Source: Alphaproteobacteria bacterium
GTDB lineage: Bacteria > Pseudomonadota > Alphaproteobacteria > G963923945
NCBI GenBank assembly: GCA_965199175.1
Contig: OZ240684.1
Coordinates: forward strand, 1,643,288-1,707,287
Direction: 5' to 3'
Length of the DNA stretch: 64,000 nucleotides
Shown here one piece after another: positions 23,923 to 35,685 of the stretch (the first letter of the stretch is position 1; the number at the start of each line of letters is the position of its first letter). The notes under the pieces were generated by a model. That model was not told where the DNA came from. It did no database searches and saw nothing but the letters and a program-made list of their open reading frames with translations. Both the position numbers and the translations under genes were made by a program.

Positions 23923-24456
23923 TCATGGCCCGGGGGTCAGGGTGAAGCGGGCCTGAATAACCTCATCAATCCGCGTGAGCTGGAGAACCAGAACTTCCCC
24001 CTCACGCATAAAACGATCTTCTGAAAAATGATCTTCGGAAACACTCTCGGCCCGGTTCAGAGACTCTTCAGGAGCAAGGCTTTGCCAACCAAGCTGAGGT
24101 AAGGTTTCCCGGTAAAAATTGCGCACCATCATGCTGGTGAGGCGATCAGTGGCCAGACCGGTTACAAGAGCATCAATGATCCGCCCCTCCCGGGAATCGA
24201 AAACCGTCTGTGATCCGGGCAGATTGGCCATTCCCGAAGGTAAAGGAATATCCTCAAATCCGGCAACAAATTCCGGCCCGGCAACATCACCAGCAACCGG
24301 ATCACTGGCCGGCCCTTTCGCCGACCCGCTTTTTACAGCGAAAACCCCCATCACCATCAGAACCAAGCCAACCACACCGACAACAGTATACCGATGGCGT
24401 GTGACCGGATGTTTGACCGGATATGGGATCGAGTAAAAACTGGCTGATCTTTTCAT
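23923..24456 (-). CDS. hypothetical membrane-anchored protein (one N-terminal TM helix, periplasmic C-terminus)
   Basis: 177 aa; hydrophobic helix VVGVVGLVLMVMGVFAV; no known domain recognised. Confidence 0.45.
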   Translation of the reverse strand: MKRSASFYSIPYPVKHPVTRHRYTVVGVVGLVLMVMGVFAVKSGSAKGPASDPVAGDVAGPEFVAGFEDIPLPSGMANLPGSQTVFDSREGRIIDALVTGLATDRLTSMMVRNFYRETLPQLGWQSLAPEESLNRAESVSEDHFSEDRFMREGEVLVLQLTRIDEVIQARFTLTPGP

Positions 24457-24552
24457 CGCTTTTTCCTCATTGGCTGTGTGCTCATTGGTTGTGCTCTTTT
24501 TATATTGGTTTTTTCTTAAGTATCGGTATTTTCATCCTTTATCTCTGGCTGC

Positions 24553-25380
24553 TTACCTTTGGCATCGCGGGCAATAAAAGGTTGAGCGTCCGGCCTGGCG
24601 GATATGGGCAATCACATCACCGCATCTGCGGCGGCACTGCACACCGGTACGACCATATACCGCAAAATCATGCTGAAAATATCCCAGCCCTCCGTCTGGT
24701 CGACGATGATCACGCAGGCTGCTCCCCCCGGCTTCGATCGCCAGACCCAAAACAGCTTTCAAGGCCTGGACCAACCGATCCGCCCGGCGTCCCCGGATGC
24801 TTTTTGCTGGCCGAAGCGGTGATAACCGGGCCTGATACAACGCCTCACAGGCATAAATATTCCCAATGCCGGCAATCAGAGACTGATCAAGCAAGGCGGG
24901 TTTCACCACCCCCCGGCGACCAGCTAAACCAGCGGTGAGATAACAACCATCAAACTGCGGCGACAAAGGCTCCTGGCCAAGAGACGCCAGCAAGGGATGC
25001 GTGTCCAGGCCACCGGAAGATGCCAGAGTCATCAACCCAAAACGGCGCGGATCATGAAAAACAAGGGTTTCACCGCTTTCTATTTGCATAAAAATATGGT
25101 CATGGCGATCTGGAGTCTCTGGCCACGAAGGCCGGATCATCAACCGACCTGACATACCAAAATGCGTGATCAGAGTCTCCCCGCCGCTCAGAGATACCAG
25201 CATATATTTACCCCGGCGCTGCACCGCCTGTACGCAATTCCCCTCAAGACGGTCGCAAAAATCAGCCGGGACCTTGCGGCGCAAATCACCGCGCCGTACC
25301 CTGGCCCGGCTGAAAGAACGCCCCGCAATCAACGGACGCACACCGCGACAAATTGTCTCAACTTCCGGTAATTCAGGCAT
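24553..25380 (-). CDS. mutM: formamidopyrimidine-DNA glycosylase
   Basis: N-terminal MPELPEVE, a C-terminal zinc finger CxxC...CxxC. Confidence 0.9.
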   Translation of the reverse strand: MPELPEVETICRGVRPLIAGRSFSRARVRRGDLRRKVPADFCDRLEGNCVQAVQRRGKYMLVSLSGGETLITHFGMSGRLMIRPSWPETPDRHDHIFMQIESGETLVFHDPRRFGLMTLASSGGLDTHPLLASLGQEPLSPQFDGCYLTAGLAGRRGVVKPALLDQSLIAGIGNIYACEALYQARLSPLRPAKSIRGRRADRLVQALKAVLGLAIEAGGSSLRDHRRPDGGLGYFQHDFAVYGRTGVQCRRRCGDVIAHIRQAGRSTFYCPRCQR

Positions 25381-25812
25381 AACCCATCATCATATCCAAA
25401 AATCCTGTTGCTGAATTCTCAAAGCCTGCCAAAGACTCCAAACCCTTAAAAAAGGTCAGGAATAAGATCACCCGGAGAGATCAGGAAAACTGAGAACCAA
25501 CATGAGAGAACCAGATACAAAATCAAAAAAATCTCTCCCGATCAGGATATATGCGAATTTTTTTATCACCATATCTTCTTCTCACCATATCAGATGCTGA
25601 TCCGGGACACCGCCCCCTTGAAAAGATCATAACGAACATGTCACAACCCGCCCTGGGCTCTTTTTCAAACCCCGGCTCTCTTCAGGCAGGTGAAAAAATC
25701 AGCAGATGACCGCATGCCAGAACAGGATATCAAACCAGAATAGGATACCAAAAAAGCCCTGCCGGAAACACTCTCTTGAAACGATACCTCGCTGTCATCA
25801 TGAGGAGATATT

Positions 25813-26916
25813 ATGACTCATCGCATTCTCTGCCTCCCGGGTGACGGAATTGGCCCGGAAGTCACCCAGCAAGCCCGCCGCATTCTCGATTGGTTCGCAA
25901 AAAATCATGCAGATATCATGGTTGAGGAAGATGTTATTGGCGGCGCGGCCATTGATATGCATGGTCGCCCATTGACCGAAGAGACTCTGGAACGCGCCCG
26001 CAAGGCCGATGCGGTTCTGCTGGGTGCGGTTGGCGGTCCAGGGTGGGATGATTTACCCTTTGATAGCCGTCCTGAACGCGGCCTTTTGGGGTTGCGTAAA
26101 GGGCTTGGTCTGTTTGCCAATCTCCGTCCGGCCCGGGTATTTTCAGCTTTGGCCGATGCCTCGACCCTCAAGCCGGAACTGATCAGCGGTCTGGACATTA
26201 TGATTGTCCGCGAACTGACCGGGGGTATTTATTTCGGCCAACCCCGTGGAATCCAGGATCTGGGGGATGGCCGTCGCCGGGGGATCAACACCCTTGCCTA
26301 TGAAAGTGATGAGATTGAACGTATTGCCCGGGTTGCCTTTGATCTGGCCAGACAACGTGAAGGCCGTCTGTGTTCGGTCGATAAAGCCAATGTTCTGGAG
26401 TCAACGGTGCTCTGGCGTGAGGAAGTCACCCGTGTTCACAGTGATTACCCGGATGTGTCACTTTCGCATATGTATGTTGATAATGCGGCCATGCAGCTGG
26501 TGCGTGACCCCGGACAATTCGATGTCATTGTCACCACCAATATGTTCGGGGACATTCTTTCTGATGCTGCCGCCATGCTCACCGGGTCTTTGGGGATGTT
26601 GCCTTCGGCGTCTTTGGGAGAAACCGGCCAGGATGGTCGCCGCCCGGGTCTTTATGAGCCTGTTCATGGATCGGCCCCGGATATCGCCGGACAAGACAAA
26701 GCCAACCCGCTGGCCATGATTCTCAGCCTGGCGATGGCGATGCGTTATTCCCTTGATGCCCCCAAAGCCGCCGATAAGCTGGAAACAGCCGTTGAGCGAA
26801 TCTTAGAAAAAGGGGCCCGCAGTGCTGATACCGCCCGCGATGGCCACACAGCCCTTACGACCGGTCAAATCGGGCAGCGCATCTTAGAAGAGCTTGATCA
26901 GATATCGGCTGAGTAA
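25813..26916 (+). CDS. leuB: 3-isopropylmalate dehydrogenase
   Basis: 367 aa; [14 protein letters not shown]-terminus and an NMFGDILSD motif. Confidence 0.9.
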   Translation: MTHRILCLPGDGIGPEVTQQARRILDWFAKNHADIMVEEDVIGGAAIDMHGRPLTEETLERARKADAVLLGAVGGPGWDDLPFDSRPERGLLGLRKGLGLFANLRPARVFSALADASTLKPELISGLDIMIVRELTGGIYFGQPRGIQDLGDGRRRGINTLAYESDEIERIARVAFDLARQREGRLCSVDKANVLESTVLWREEVTRVHSDYPDVSLSHMYVDNAAMQLVRDPGQFDVIVTTNMFGDILSDAAAMLTGSLGMLPSASLGETGQDGRRPGLYEPVHGSAPDIAGQDKANPLAMILSLAMAMRYSLDAPKAADKLETAVERILEKGARSADTARDGHTALTTGQIGQRILEELDQISAE

Positions 26917-27010
26917 CCGGTTGTCTGAAAAAAAATCCTCAGCAAGACCCGGCACCACATCGGGTCCTTGCGGCGTCCGGACCTGATCATATGTGATATT
27001 TTTGATTGTT

Positions 27011-27757
27011 TTAATCCGGGATTGTCACCCGGCGCACGGTCAGATTGATCCGGCCTGCCATGCCCATGCGGTCCCGGATCAGATCATTATGGCCATAATC
27101 AATCCGGTCAATACCATGATACAGGTGACGCGATGAACCGCCAAGAACCACCACATCGCCTGATTTAATCTGTATTGAAAAAGCCCGATCCCGGCGGGTT
27201 CGGCCACCCAGACGAAAACGAGCCGGATCCCCTAAAGATACCGAGACCACCGGCGCATCACGAGCCGCTTCATCCTGGTCAATATGCATTCCCATACGTG
27301 CCTTTTGATGCCCGTAAAGATTGACCAGACAACATTGCGGCAAAGCCGGATAGGTGGTCACGGCGTGCCAGAGATCAAGGATTCGTTGAGGAATGGGAGG
27401 CCAGACCCCCCCGGTCACCGGATGGGTTTCCTGATAACGGTACCCACCCGATTGGTCAGAGACCCATCCCAAAGGACCGGCATTGGTCATACGCACAGAA
27501 AAAGGCCGTCCTGTGCCCGGCATCACCGGCTGAAACCACGGGGCAGAGGCTAAAATGGTATCAATATCGGCCAGTAACGCCCGTTGTGCCGCCGCATCGA
27601 AATAACCAGGATAAACATCAAACCCATCAGGAAAACGCGGATCATGATGACGGGTTGGCAGCATAACAGATGTCACGGCCTCTCCCGCCAGCACCCCTTC
27701 AGCATGCCACCTTTGGCAAGAATCCGCCCAAACCCGCCAAAACAGCGATAAAGCCAA
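27011..27757 (-). CDS. alkB: alpha-ketoglutarate-dependent dioxygenase AlkB
   Basis: HxD...H Fe-binding set (MHIDQDE ... HLYHGI) and the NLTVRRV C-terminus; it aligns to E. coli AlkB. Confidence 0.8.
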   Translation of the reverse strand: MALSLFWRVWADSCQRWHAEGVLAGEAVTSVMLPTRHHDPRFPDGFDVYPGYFDAAAQRALLADIDTILASAPWFQPVMPGTGRPFSVRMTNAGPLGWVSDQSGGYRYQETHPVTGGVWPPIPQRILDLWHAVTTYPALPQCCLVNLYGHQKARMGMHIDQDEAARDAPVVSVSLGDPARFRLGGRTRRDRAFSIQIKSGDVVVLGGSSRHLYHGIDRIDYGHNDLIRDRMGMAGRINLTVRRVTIPD

Positions 27758-28052
27758 CCTGAGGAATCATCCCAAAAAATCCCATACAGATGATGATTGC
27801 CCCCCTTGCGTTCGCTTTTCAGTCAACTATATAAGCATTGCCTGCCAGACGGGCATGACATTTTTGTGTTTTTATGTTTTTGCGTTTTTATGCGCCATTG
27901 CAAAACCGGTTGCTGACAATCAACCAGTCAGTGAACAAACCAGAACCAAGAACAAACCAGTGAACCAAGAATAAACCAGTAAAAATGAGCCAGTAAAACG
28001 AACCGATAAGAATGAATTTTAAAAACAACCAAGAAGAATTGAGAGGCATTTC

Positions 28053-30038
28053 ATGAGCAAGGTCATCGGCATTGATCTGGGAACAACCAATTCCTGTGTC
28101 GCCGTTATGGATGGCAAAGACGCCAAAGTTATCGAAAACAGCGAAGGGACCCGGACAACCCCTTCGATGGTTGCCTTTGCTGAAGACGGGGAACGTCTGG
28201 TCGGTCAACCAGCCAAACGCCAGGCGGTCACGAATCCGGAAAATACCTTGTTTGCTATCAAACGGCTGATTGGCCGGCGGATGGATGACGCCATGGTCTC
28301 CAAGGACAAAGATATGGTGCCGTATTCCATCCAGGGCAATGATAAAGGAGATGCCTGGGTTGAATGCCGTGGCGAGATGTACAGCCCCAGCCAGATCAGC
28401 GCATTCATCCTCCAGAAAATGAAGGAAACCGCCGAAAGCTATCTTGGCGAATCGGTCAGTCAGGCCGTGATCACTGTACCGGCTTATTTTAATGATTCTC
28501 AGCGTCAGGCAACAAAAGATGCCGGAAAAATTGCCGGCCTGGAAGTCTTACGCATCATCAATGAACCAACAGCCGCCGCCCTGGCATATGGTCTTGATAA
28601 AAAGGAAAGCGGTATCATCGCGGTCTATGATCTTGGCGGGGGGACGTTCGATGTTTCAATCCTGGAAATCGGTGACGGTGTCTTTGAGGTTAAATCAACC
28701 AATGGCGATACATTTTTAGGAGGGGAAGACTTTGACAAGCGGATCATTGATCACCTGGCCGATACATTCAAGCAAGAACAAGGAATTGATCTGCGTGAGG
28801 ATAAGCTGGCCTTGCAACGCCTGAAAGAAGCTGCCGAAAAAGCCAAAATTGAGCTTTCCACCGCCGCTCAGACTGAGATCAATTTGCCTTTCATCACCGC
28901 TGATTCAAGCGGTCCCAAGCATCTCAATATCAAGATGACCCGTGCTCAGCTGGAAAAGCTGGTTGAAGATCTGGTCGAACGCACCATTGCGCCTTGTAAG
29001 GCAGCCCTCAAGGATGCCGGGCTGAAAGCCTCAGATATCAAAGAAGTCATCCTGGTTGGTGGAATGACCCGCATGCCCAGGATTGCCGAAACCGTCAAAT
29101 CACTGTTCGGACATGAACCGCATCGCGGGGTCAATCCTGATGAGGTTGTGGCCGCCGGTGCAGCGATTCAAGGCGGTGTCCTCAAGGGCGATGTTAAGGA
29201 TGTTCTGTTGCTTGATGTTACACCGCTCTCCCTGGGGATTGAGACGTTAGGCGGCGTTTTCACACGGCTGATTGAGCGTAATACAACTGTCCCGACCCGC
29301 AAGAGCCAGGTTTTTTCAACCGCCGAAGATAATCAGGGAGCCGTCACCATCCGGGTCTTTCAAGGTGAGCGTGAAATGGCGGCTGATAACAAGCCGCTTG
29401 GCCAGTTTGATCTGATCGGTATTCCCCCAGCCCCACGCGGCACACCTCAAATTGAGGTTACATTCGACATTGATGCCAACGGGATTGTCAATGTTTCGGC
29501 AAAAGACAAAGCCACCAATAAAGAACAGCAAATACGTATTGAGGCTTCCGGCGGTTTATCGGATGAAGAAATTGACAAGATGGTCAAAGAGGCCGAGGCC
29601 AATGCGTCCCAGGATAAGGAGCGCCGTGAACGTGTCGAAGCGGTCAATCAGGCCGAGTCAATCATTCATAGTACTGAGAAAAATCTCAAAGATCATGGGG
29701 ATAAAATTTCCGAAGAAGAAAAAAATGCTATCGAATCAGCCCTGAATGATCTGCGCACCGCTAAAGATCAGGATGATTCCAGTGCTGAGGATATCAATAC
29801 CAAGGTCGGTGCTCTGGCTCAGGCCGCCATGAAACTCGGTGAGGCGGTTTATAAAGCCAGTCAAACCGAAGCCGAAGACAGTGATCAAGCTGAACAACCG
29901 ACAAATAACGAAAAAGACGATAATGTGGTTGATGCTGATTTTGAGGATGTCTCATCATCGGCTGATCAGAGCCAGCCTCAGGATAAAAAAGCCAAAAACA
30001 GCGATGGCAAACAAAAGGATCAGAAAAAATCAGCCTAA
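28053..30038 (+). CDS. dnaK: chaperone DnaK (Hsp70) with a long acidic C-terminal tail
   Basis: [23 protein letters not shown] signatures. Confidence 0.97.
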   Translation: MSKVIGIDLGTTNSCVAVMDGKDAKVIENSEGTRTTPSMVAFAEDGERLVGQPAKRQAVTNPENTLFAIKRLIGRRMDDAMVSKDKDMVPYSIQGNDKGDAWVECRGEMYSPSQISAFILQKMKETAESYLGESVSQAVITVPAYFNDSQRQATKDAGKIAGLEVLRIINEPTAAALAYGLDKKESGIIAVYDLGGGTFDVSILEIGDGVFEVKSTNGDTFLGGEDFDKRIIDHLADTFKQEQGIDLREDKLALQRLKEAAEKAKIELSTAAQTEINLPFITADSSGPKHLNIKMTRAQLEKLVEDLVERTIAPCKAALKDAGLKASDIKEVILVGGMTRMPRIAETVKSLFGHEPHRGVNPDEVVAAGAAIQGGVLKGDVKDVLLLDVTPLSLGIETLGGVFTRLIERNTTVPTRKSQVFSTAEDNQGAVTIRVFQGEREMAADNKPLGQFDLIGIPPAPRGTPQIEVTFDIDANGIVNVSAKDKATNKEQQIRIEASGGLSDEEIDKMVKEAEANASQDKERRERVEAVNQAESIIHSTEKNLKDHGDKISEEEKNAIESALNDLRTAKDQDDSSAEDINTKVGALAQAAMKLGEAVYKASQTEAEDSDQAEQPTNNEKDDNVVDADFEDVSSSADQSQPQDKKAKNSDGKQKDQKKSA

Positions 30039-30083
30039 GAGCAGACTGGTTTTTTCTGACCACCGCTTCGGCATTCAGTTGCG

Positions 30084-31214
30084 ATGACTAAGGAGGATTA
30101 TTACAGCATCCTTGGGGTTTCCCGTGATGCCGATTCATCGACCTTAAAATCGGCGTATCGCAAGCTGGCGATGCAATATCATCCGGATCGCAATCCCGAT
30201 GACAAACAGGCTGAACGGCGATTCAAGGATGTGAATGAAGCCTATGAAATCCTCAAAGACAGCCAAAAACGCGCCGCCTATGATCAATTCGGCCATGCCG
30301 GAGTTGACCCCAACAACAGTGCCGGACAATCCGGTGGCTTTGAATTCAGTGGCGGCTTTTCGGATATTTTCGATGAAATGTTCGGGGATGTCTTTTCAGG
30401 AGGGAGGCGGCGCGCCGGACCCAAACGCGGGGCCGATTTGCGTCATGATATGGAAATTTCGTTGTCTGAAGCATTTGCCGGAAAAACAACCATTCTTCCT
30501 CTGGGTACATTGGCTGCCTGCGAAACCTGTAATGGCAGTGGCGGCAAAGACGGAGCACAACCAGTCACCTGCACCACGTGTCGCGGCCAGGGAAAAGTAC
30601 GGGCACAACAAGGATTTTTCACCATTGAACGAACCTGCCATCGCTGTGGTGGCCGCGGACAGATGATCGAAGACCCCTGCCTGAAATGCGGTGGTTCGGG
30701 GCGGGTGCGGCGTCATAAGGAACTCAAGGTCGCCATCCCGGCCGGCATTGAGGATGGTGCCAGGATCCGGTTGGCCAATGAAGGGGAAGCAGGCGATTAT
30801 GGCGCACCACCAGGGGATCTGTATCTTTTTATTTCGGTCAAACCGCATCGAATTTTTCAACGCGATGGAGCAAATATTTATTGTCGGGTCCCGATCCCGA
30901 TGGTCACAGCAGCATTGGGTGGCACGATTGAGGTTCCGACCATTGACGGCGCACGTGCCCGGGTCACTGTTCCGGTTGGTACTCAGGTTGGCCAGCAATT
31001 CCGCCTGAAAAACAAAGGGATGACGGTTCTTAAATCTTCCGTGCGCGGTGATATGTTTATCGAGGCATTGGTTGAGACCCCGACCAATCTCAGCAAAAAA
31101 CAAAAAGAAATTTTGCGCATGTTTGATTCTGAAGGCTCCCAGGAAAGCAACAGCCCTGAATCAGAAGGCTTCTTTGCCAAGGTCAAAGATCTATGGGAAG
31201 ACCTCAAGGATTAG
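30084..31214 (+). CDS. dnaJ: chaperone DnaJ
   Basis: J domain with an HPD motif, a G/F region, and 4 x CxxCxGxG zinc-finger repeats. Confidence 0.95.
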   Translation: MTKEDYYSILGVSRDADSSTLKSAYRKLAMQYHPDRNPDDKQAERRFKDVNEAYEILKDSQKRAAYDQFGHAGVDPNNSAGQSGGFEFSGGFSDIFDEMFGDVFSGGRRRAGPKRGADLRHDMEISLSEAFAGKTTILPLGTLAACETCNGSGGKDGAQPVTCTTCRGQGKVRAQQGFFTIERTCHRCGGRGQMIEDPCLKCGGSGRVRRHKELKVAIPAGIEDGARIRLANEGEAGDYGAPPGDLYLFISVKPHRIFQRDGANIYCRVPIPMVTAALGGTIEVPTIDGARARVTVPVGTQVGQQFRLKNKGMTVLKSSVRGDMFIEALVETPTNLSKKQKEILRMFDSEGSQESNSPESEGFFAKVKDLWEDLKD

Positions 31215-31331
31215 CCATATCTCACCAGAACAATAATCAGCCACGGCATAAAGCCAGGAATCGACATGACCGGCAATCAGACCAAAACCACCAAAATATA
31301 AGAGCCACCAAAACACCAAAAAGGAGTATCC

Positions 31332-32177
31332 ATGCCTCCATTGCGCATTGCCATCCCCGGCGCGGCGGGCCGTATGGGGCGGTTGTTGCTTTCTGAAATT
31401 CTCTCTGGAAAAGACTATCGCTTAACCGGAGCCGGTGAATGTCCGGGGCATCAGGATCTTGGTAAAGATGCCGGGGTCCTGGTCGGTCATGAGCCGTGTC
31501 GTGTTCTCGTGAGCGATGATCCGGCCACCATGATCACCAATGCCGATGTCATCATTGACTTCACCGCCCCTTGCGGTGCCAGTCAATATGCACCGTTGGC
31601 GGTTGCCAACCATGCCGCTTATGTCATCGGGGGAACAGCCCTGGATACCGACAGCCAGACCGCCATCAATCAGGCCGCCGGGAAGATCCCGGTTGTACAG
31701 GCGGCCAATATGAGTCTGGGTATTACGTTATTAACCAGCTTAATCGAATATTGTGCGGCCTGCCTGGATGATGATTTTGATATTGAGGTGATGGAACTCC
31801 ATCATGCCGCCAAGGCTGATGCGCCTTCAGGGACTGCCCTGGCTTTGGCTACTGCGGCGGCAAAAGGACGCGGGATTGATCCTGAGCAGGCGATGCTCCC
31901 GCCTCATTCCGGACGCAAAGGCTCCCGGCCAAAAGGGGGAATTGGCTTTGCCACCGCACGGGGGGGAGATGCCATCGGTGATCATAGTCTGCTCTTTTGC
32001 GGGACCGGGGAACGGCTGGAACTCACCCACCGGGCCCATAACCGCCGCATCTATGCCATTGGTGCCCTGAAAGCCGCCAGATGGGCGGTCCGGCAACCAC
32101 CGGGCCGGTACAGTATGCAGGATGTTCTTAATCTCTCCATGCCCAAAGCATGGGCAGGATATCAATACGAAAAATAA
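31332..32177 (+). CDS. dapB: 4-hydroxy-tetrahydrodipicolinate reductase
   Basis: 281 aa; Rossmann motif IAIPGAAGRMG. Confidence 0.9.
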   Translation: MPPLRIAIPGAAGRMGRLLLSEILSGKDYRLTGAGECPGHQDLGKDAGVLVGHEPCRVLVSDDPATMITNADVIIDFTAPCGASQYAPLAVANHAAYVIGGTALDTDSQTAINQAAGKIPVVQAANMSLGITLLTSLIEYCAACLDDDFDIEVMELHHAAKADAPSGTALALATAAAKGRGIDPEQAMLPPHSGRKGSRPKGGIGFATARGGDAIGDHSLLFCGTGERLELTHRAHNRRIYAIGALKAARWAVRQPPGRYSMQDVLNLSMPKAWAGYQYEK

Positions 32178-32334
32178 AATACAAAATGCGTCTTTTTAAG
32201 CGGGATGAAAGAAAATGATGAAGAAAAATGAGGAATGCTCTCTTAAAAAAAAACCGAAAAAAGACGTGCTTTTTATACAAAGACCATCATATTCATAGTA
32301 TTGGTTTCAATCTCCAGGAACTGAGAGGGCTGAT

Positions 32335-32895
32335 ATGCCGGAATGGATAAAACAGATCACAGCCGCACTGATTGTCTTGCTGGTCACGGCTTGTGATACA
32401 GAGGCCAGCAAAGCTGATATTGAGCAATATAATGCCCTGATTGCTGAAAAACATGATTTGCTGGGGCGGGCAATTATTCTCCAGGGTCGCCTGATTGAGA
32501 GCTTCAATATGAATGATGAAGTGATCGATGATGTTAAATTCATGGATGCTGAAGGGTATCTTGAGGAACTCCTGGAACGGATTGGCACAGTCGAAACGAT
32601 TGAAGCCATGCCTCTGCCCTCTCAGGCTTCGGACCTGCAAGAACTCCATCGTCAACTGGCCGATGCGGTTCATTTTCTCAGGGCCTGCTATGATGCCTTA
32701 GAGGATTCGGCTTTCGGCAATATCAGCTATGCTGAGACAGCATGGTTCAAATCCCGTAATGCCTTTGGCCATTTCACCAAAGAACTGGTCTTCCGGACCA
32801 CCGGGGAAGAACTGCCGGATATTCAGGAACGTGACATATCCGAATATAATATCGGCGAGAGTATGAAGGTCGAGCAAGGGCCGCAAGCGCCTTAA
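32335..32895 (+). CDS. hypothetical lipoprotein (LVTAC lipobox), in a low-GC stretch
   Basis: 186 aa; signal peptide plus lipobox; the rest is a predicted coiled-coil or helical region; GC is clearly lower than the flanks. Confidence 0.5.
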   Translation: MPEWIKQITAALIVLLVTACDTEASKADIEQYNALIAEKHDLLGRAIILQGRLIESFNMNDEVIDDVKFMDAEGYLEELLERIGTVETIEAMPLPSQASDLQELHRQLADAVHFLRACYDALEDSAFGNISYAETAWFKSRNAFGHFTKELVFRTTGEELPDIQERDISEYNIGESMKVEQGPQAP

Positions 32896-33002
32896 TCATA
32901 ATATTCCCCACCAAACAGCCGGGAATTCGCAGCATCCATTTATCAATGATCAGATCAGGATCTTTTCTGAAATGATTCCGGTGATCGCATTGCCCGGCCG
33001 TC

Positions 33003-33773
33003 ATGGCTGGAGACCATGAAACGTCTTCATATATTTTCCATATATTTTCCGATGAGGCCGGGTGTTTCGGCTTTCATAAAAAAGGGAATGCCAGCCGATA
33101 TTTTATCATCTGCAGCGTCATGATGGAAAATTGCGCCATCAGTCAGGCTTTGGAAGATTTAAGACGTAAGATAGTCTGGGAAAGATCCCTTATTGGGGAC
33201 AGCTTCCATGCCTGTCATGACAGGCAAAAAATCCGCAATAAGGTTTTTAGCATCATGAAAAACCATGAATTTGACGTCCACGCAACGATTATGGAAAAAC
33301 CAAAAGCGCGTTCACATGTCCGGAAATCAAACCATATTTTTTACAAATATGGCTGGTATTACCAGCTAAAAAACGCCATATCGGCAGAGAAAAAAAGAAC
33401 CCGCGCATTTCTGTTTACAACGGCCAGTATTGGAAAGAAAAAACATCAGGCTCAGTTTACCCATGCAATCAATCATGCAGTCAATGAAGTGGCGCAGCAA
33501 ACCATCCCGGACGGCAGATGGAAGACGTCCCCTTCATCGTCCGATCCTTGCTTACAGATTGCAGAGTATTGCAGCTGGGCTCGCTCTTCGAAGAAAATGG
33601 GAACGCAACGACCCACGGTCTTACAATCTGATCAAAGACCACATCAAATAGGGATCAGATACGAATATGACCTTTGGCAATATGGGAAAACCCACTCTTA
33701 CTTAAGAGTATCAAAAGCCATAACCGAAGGGAAAAGCAGCCCGCCCCGCAATCTCAACTATCGGCTTGAATGA
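33003..33773 (+). CDS. DUF3800-family protein, in a low-GC stretch
   Basis: 256 aa; the N-terminal IFSDEAGCF (DE[S/A]G) motif is characteristic of DUF3800, a putative RNase H-like fold; the exact start is uncertain. Confidence 0.5.
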   Translation: MAGDHETSSYIFHIFSDEAGCFGFHKKGNASRYFIICSVMMENCAISQALEDLRRKIVWERSLIGDSFHACHDRQKIRNKVFSIMKNHEFDVHATIMEKPKARSHVRKSNHIFYKYGWYYQLKNAISAEKKRTRAFLFTTASIGKKKHQAQFTHAINHAVNEVAQQTIPDGRWKTSPSSSDPCLQIAEYCSWARSSKKMGTQRPTVLQSDQRPHQIGIRYEYDLWQYGKTHSYLRVSKAITEGKSSPPRNLNYRLE

Positions 33774-33923
33774 TCGACAAACCGAAAGGTTCCCGGAACC
33801 CGTTCGCCAGGCAAGGGACGGGATCTTTTATGGTTGTGTATCTCGGGTCATACATATTCTGTAAAAAAACACCCTCAGAGCAGAGGGATACATCAATCAA
33901 TCAGAATTGAAGTCTTTTTGCTT

Positions 33924-34502
33924 TCATGCGGTGGCTTTGGCCAAAGCATGGCGTAAGGCCCGGGCAAAATCGAATCGCTCCCCCCCATTCAGGAAACCGC
34001 CAATCACCAGACGCCGGCCCCGGGACATCAGAGTCAATGGGGTATCATGATGCGGTGTATCGGCCATTTCTATCCAGGTCCAGTAGGGCTGAAAATCCCA
34101 GTGACACCGCCGGCCCCGGGTATCAACCCGCTCAATCCGGAGCCTTGATGCAGTCAAAGACACCCGCTCACACAGCCGGGCCTGACGGAAATTCAGCCAA
34201 AAAGCCCCACCAAGCAACACCATATCAAGCCCGAAAAAACCCAATACCGGCCAGGCCCCCAATGCCAGGAAAAAAATCCCAACAACAAAAAAAATCACCC
34301 CCATCACCGCCGTCACAACCAGGGCAGCACGCACCGACAAACTGCGATGGGGATACAAAACGGCATCAAACAAAACCGGCTCCTGGGTCGATGAATCATC
34401 GGCGGAGTGCCGGTCATCATAACCGGAATGCCCCGACCCATGATAAACGGATCTGTCGCTAGAAGATTGATGATTCTGCGTTGTTTCCATCACCAATACC
34501 AT
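33924..34502 (-). CDS. membrane protein: two TM helices followed by a small cytoplasmic domain (DUF2244 / bPH_2-like architecture), with an N-terminal His/Ser-rich tail
   Basis: The hydrophobic hairpin AALVVTAVMGVIFFVVGIFFLALGAWPVLGFFGLDMVLLGGAFWL followed by a domain of about 90 aa. Confidence 0.45.
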   Translation of the reverse strand: MVLVMETTQNHQSSSDRSVYHGSGHSGYDDRHSADDSSTQEPVLFDAVLYPHRSLSVRAALVVTAVMGVIFFVVGIFFLALGAWPVLGFFGLDMVLLGGAFWLNFRQARLCERVSLTASRLRIERVDTRGRRCHWDFQPYWTWIEMADTPHHDTPLTLMSRGRRLVIGGFLNGGERFDFARALRHALAKATA

Positions 34503-34627
34503 CTGTTCGAATCTCTTCGCATCTGGCTATTTGCATCTGAATCCCTGATACAGATTGTTGTCTCATGAACGAAGTTGAATGATCCTGTTTTGTTATTTCT
34601 GATCATTTTGCGGTTTTGCTTCGTCAG

Positions 34628-34743
34628 GAGACTGTTTAGCTTCATAAGACTGTTTAGCTTTATAAGATTGTTTGCCTTTATTAAGACTGTTTAAATTTAT
34701 AAGACCGTTTTTAAATTTATAAGACCGTTTAAATTTATATAGG
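34628..34743. repeat. About 6 x 18-20 bp degenerate tandem repeats (gactgtttagcttcataa)
   Basis: Read directly from the sequence. Confidence 0.85.
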
Positions 34744-34959
34744 AATATGACAGCACGATATCATGACAGCATGATCAAAAATCATTGATACGGGAAATAT
34801 CAATAAAAAAATAACGCAAAAAAATGACCGGAAAATACAATCCCGGAACCATCCCGGCTCTATCCGGGCTTTGTTCCTGAGTTCGGTTTTTTTTCAGGGC
34901 CGGGGTTTCCATGTTCAGTTCCCGGATACGACCCACAACAACACCGATGAAAAACCAGC

Positions 34960-35640
34960 TTGATGACAGGATTGATGAAAAAAATTTCCCCAATGGGCCG
35001 CCCTTCCATCGATACCGTTTTCCGGCGGTTTGAAGGCCAAACACCTCATCCGCGTGGTGAACTCAACCACAGCAATCTTTTCACGCTTTTGGTGGCGGTG
35101 GTGCTGTCTGCTCAGGCAACCGATAAAGGAGTCAATAAAGCAACTGCGGCCCTGTTTACGATTGCCGATACACCGCAAAAAATGCTGGCCCTGGGTCTGG
35201 ATCATCTCAAGGATTATATCAAAACCATCGGCCTCTATCATTCCAAAGCCAAACACATCATCGGCCTCAGCCAGGCCCTGATTGAACGGCATGGTGGCAC
35301 TGTCCCGGATAATCGCGAACAGCTCCAGGCGTTGCCTGGGGTTGGACGCAAAACTGCCAATGTTGTGCTCAATATCGGCTTTGGACACCCGACCATTGCT
35401 GTTGACACCCATTTGTTTCGGGTCTCCAACCGGACCGGTCTTGCCCCGGGCCGCACGCCTCTGGAGGTGGAAAAAAAGCTCCATTCCCGGGTTCCGGAAT
35501 GGGCCGCCTTGCGTGCTCATCACTGGCTGATTCTCCATGGTCGCTATGTCTGCAAAGCCCGTAAACCCGACTGTGGGCACTGTATTATTACCGATCTTTG
35601 CCAGTATCCTCATAAGACGGCCTCCGTCACATCTGAATAA
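34960..35640 (+). CDS. nth: endonuclease III
   Basis: HhH-GPD motif LPGVGRKTANVVL; C-terminal 4Fe-4S cluster CxxxxxxCxxC. Confidence 0.9.
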   Translation: MMTGLMKKISPMGRPSIDTVFRRFEGQTPHPRGELNHSNLFTLLVAVVLSAQATDKGVNKATAALFTIADTPQKMLALGLDHLKDYIKTIGLYHSKAKHIIGLSQALIERHGGTVPDNREQLQALPGVGRKTANVVLNIGFGHPTIAVDTHLFRVSNRTGLAPGRTPLEVEKKLHSRVPEWAALRAHHWLILHGRYVCKARKPDCGHCIITDLCQYPHKTASVTSE

Positions 35641-35685
35641 TGTTTCAGGACTGTTTCAGGTCATACTGTCTAAGGTCAGACTTTC

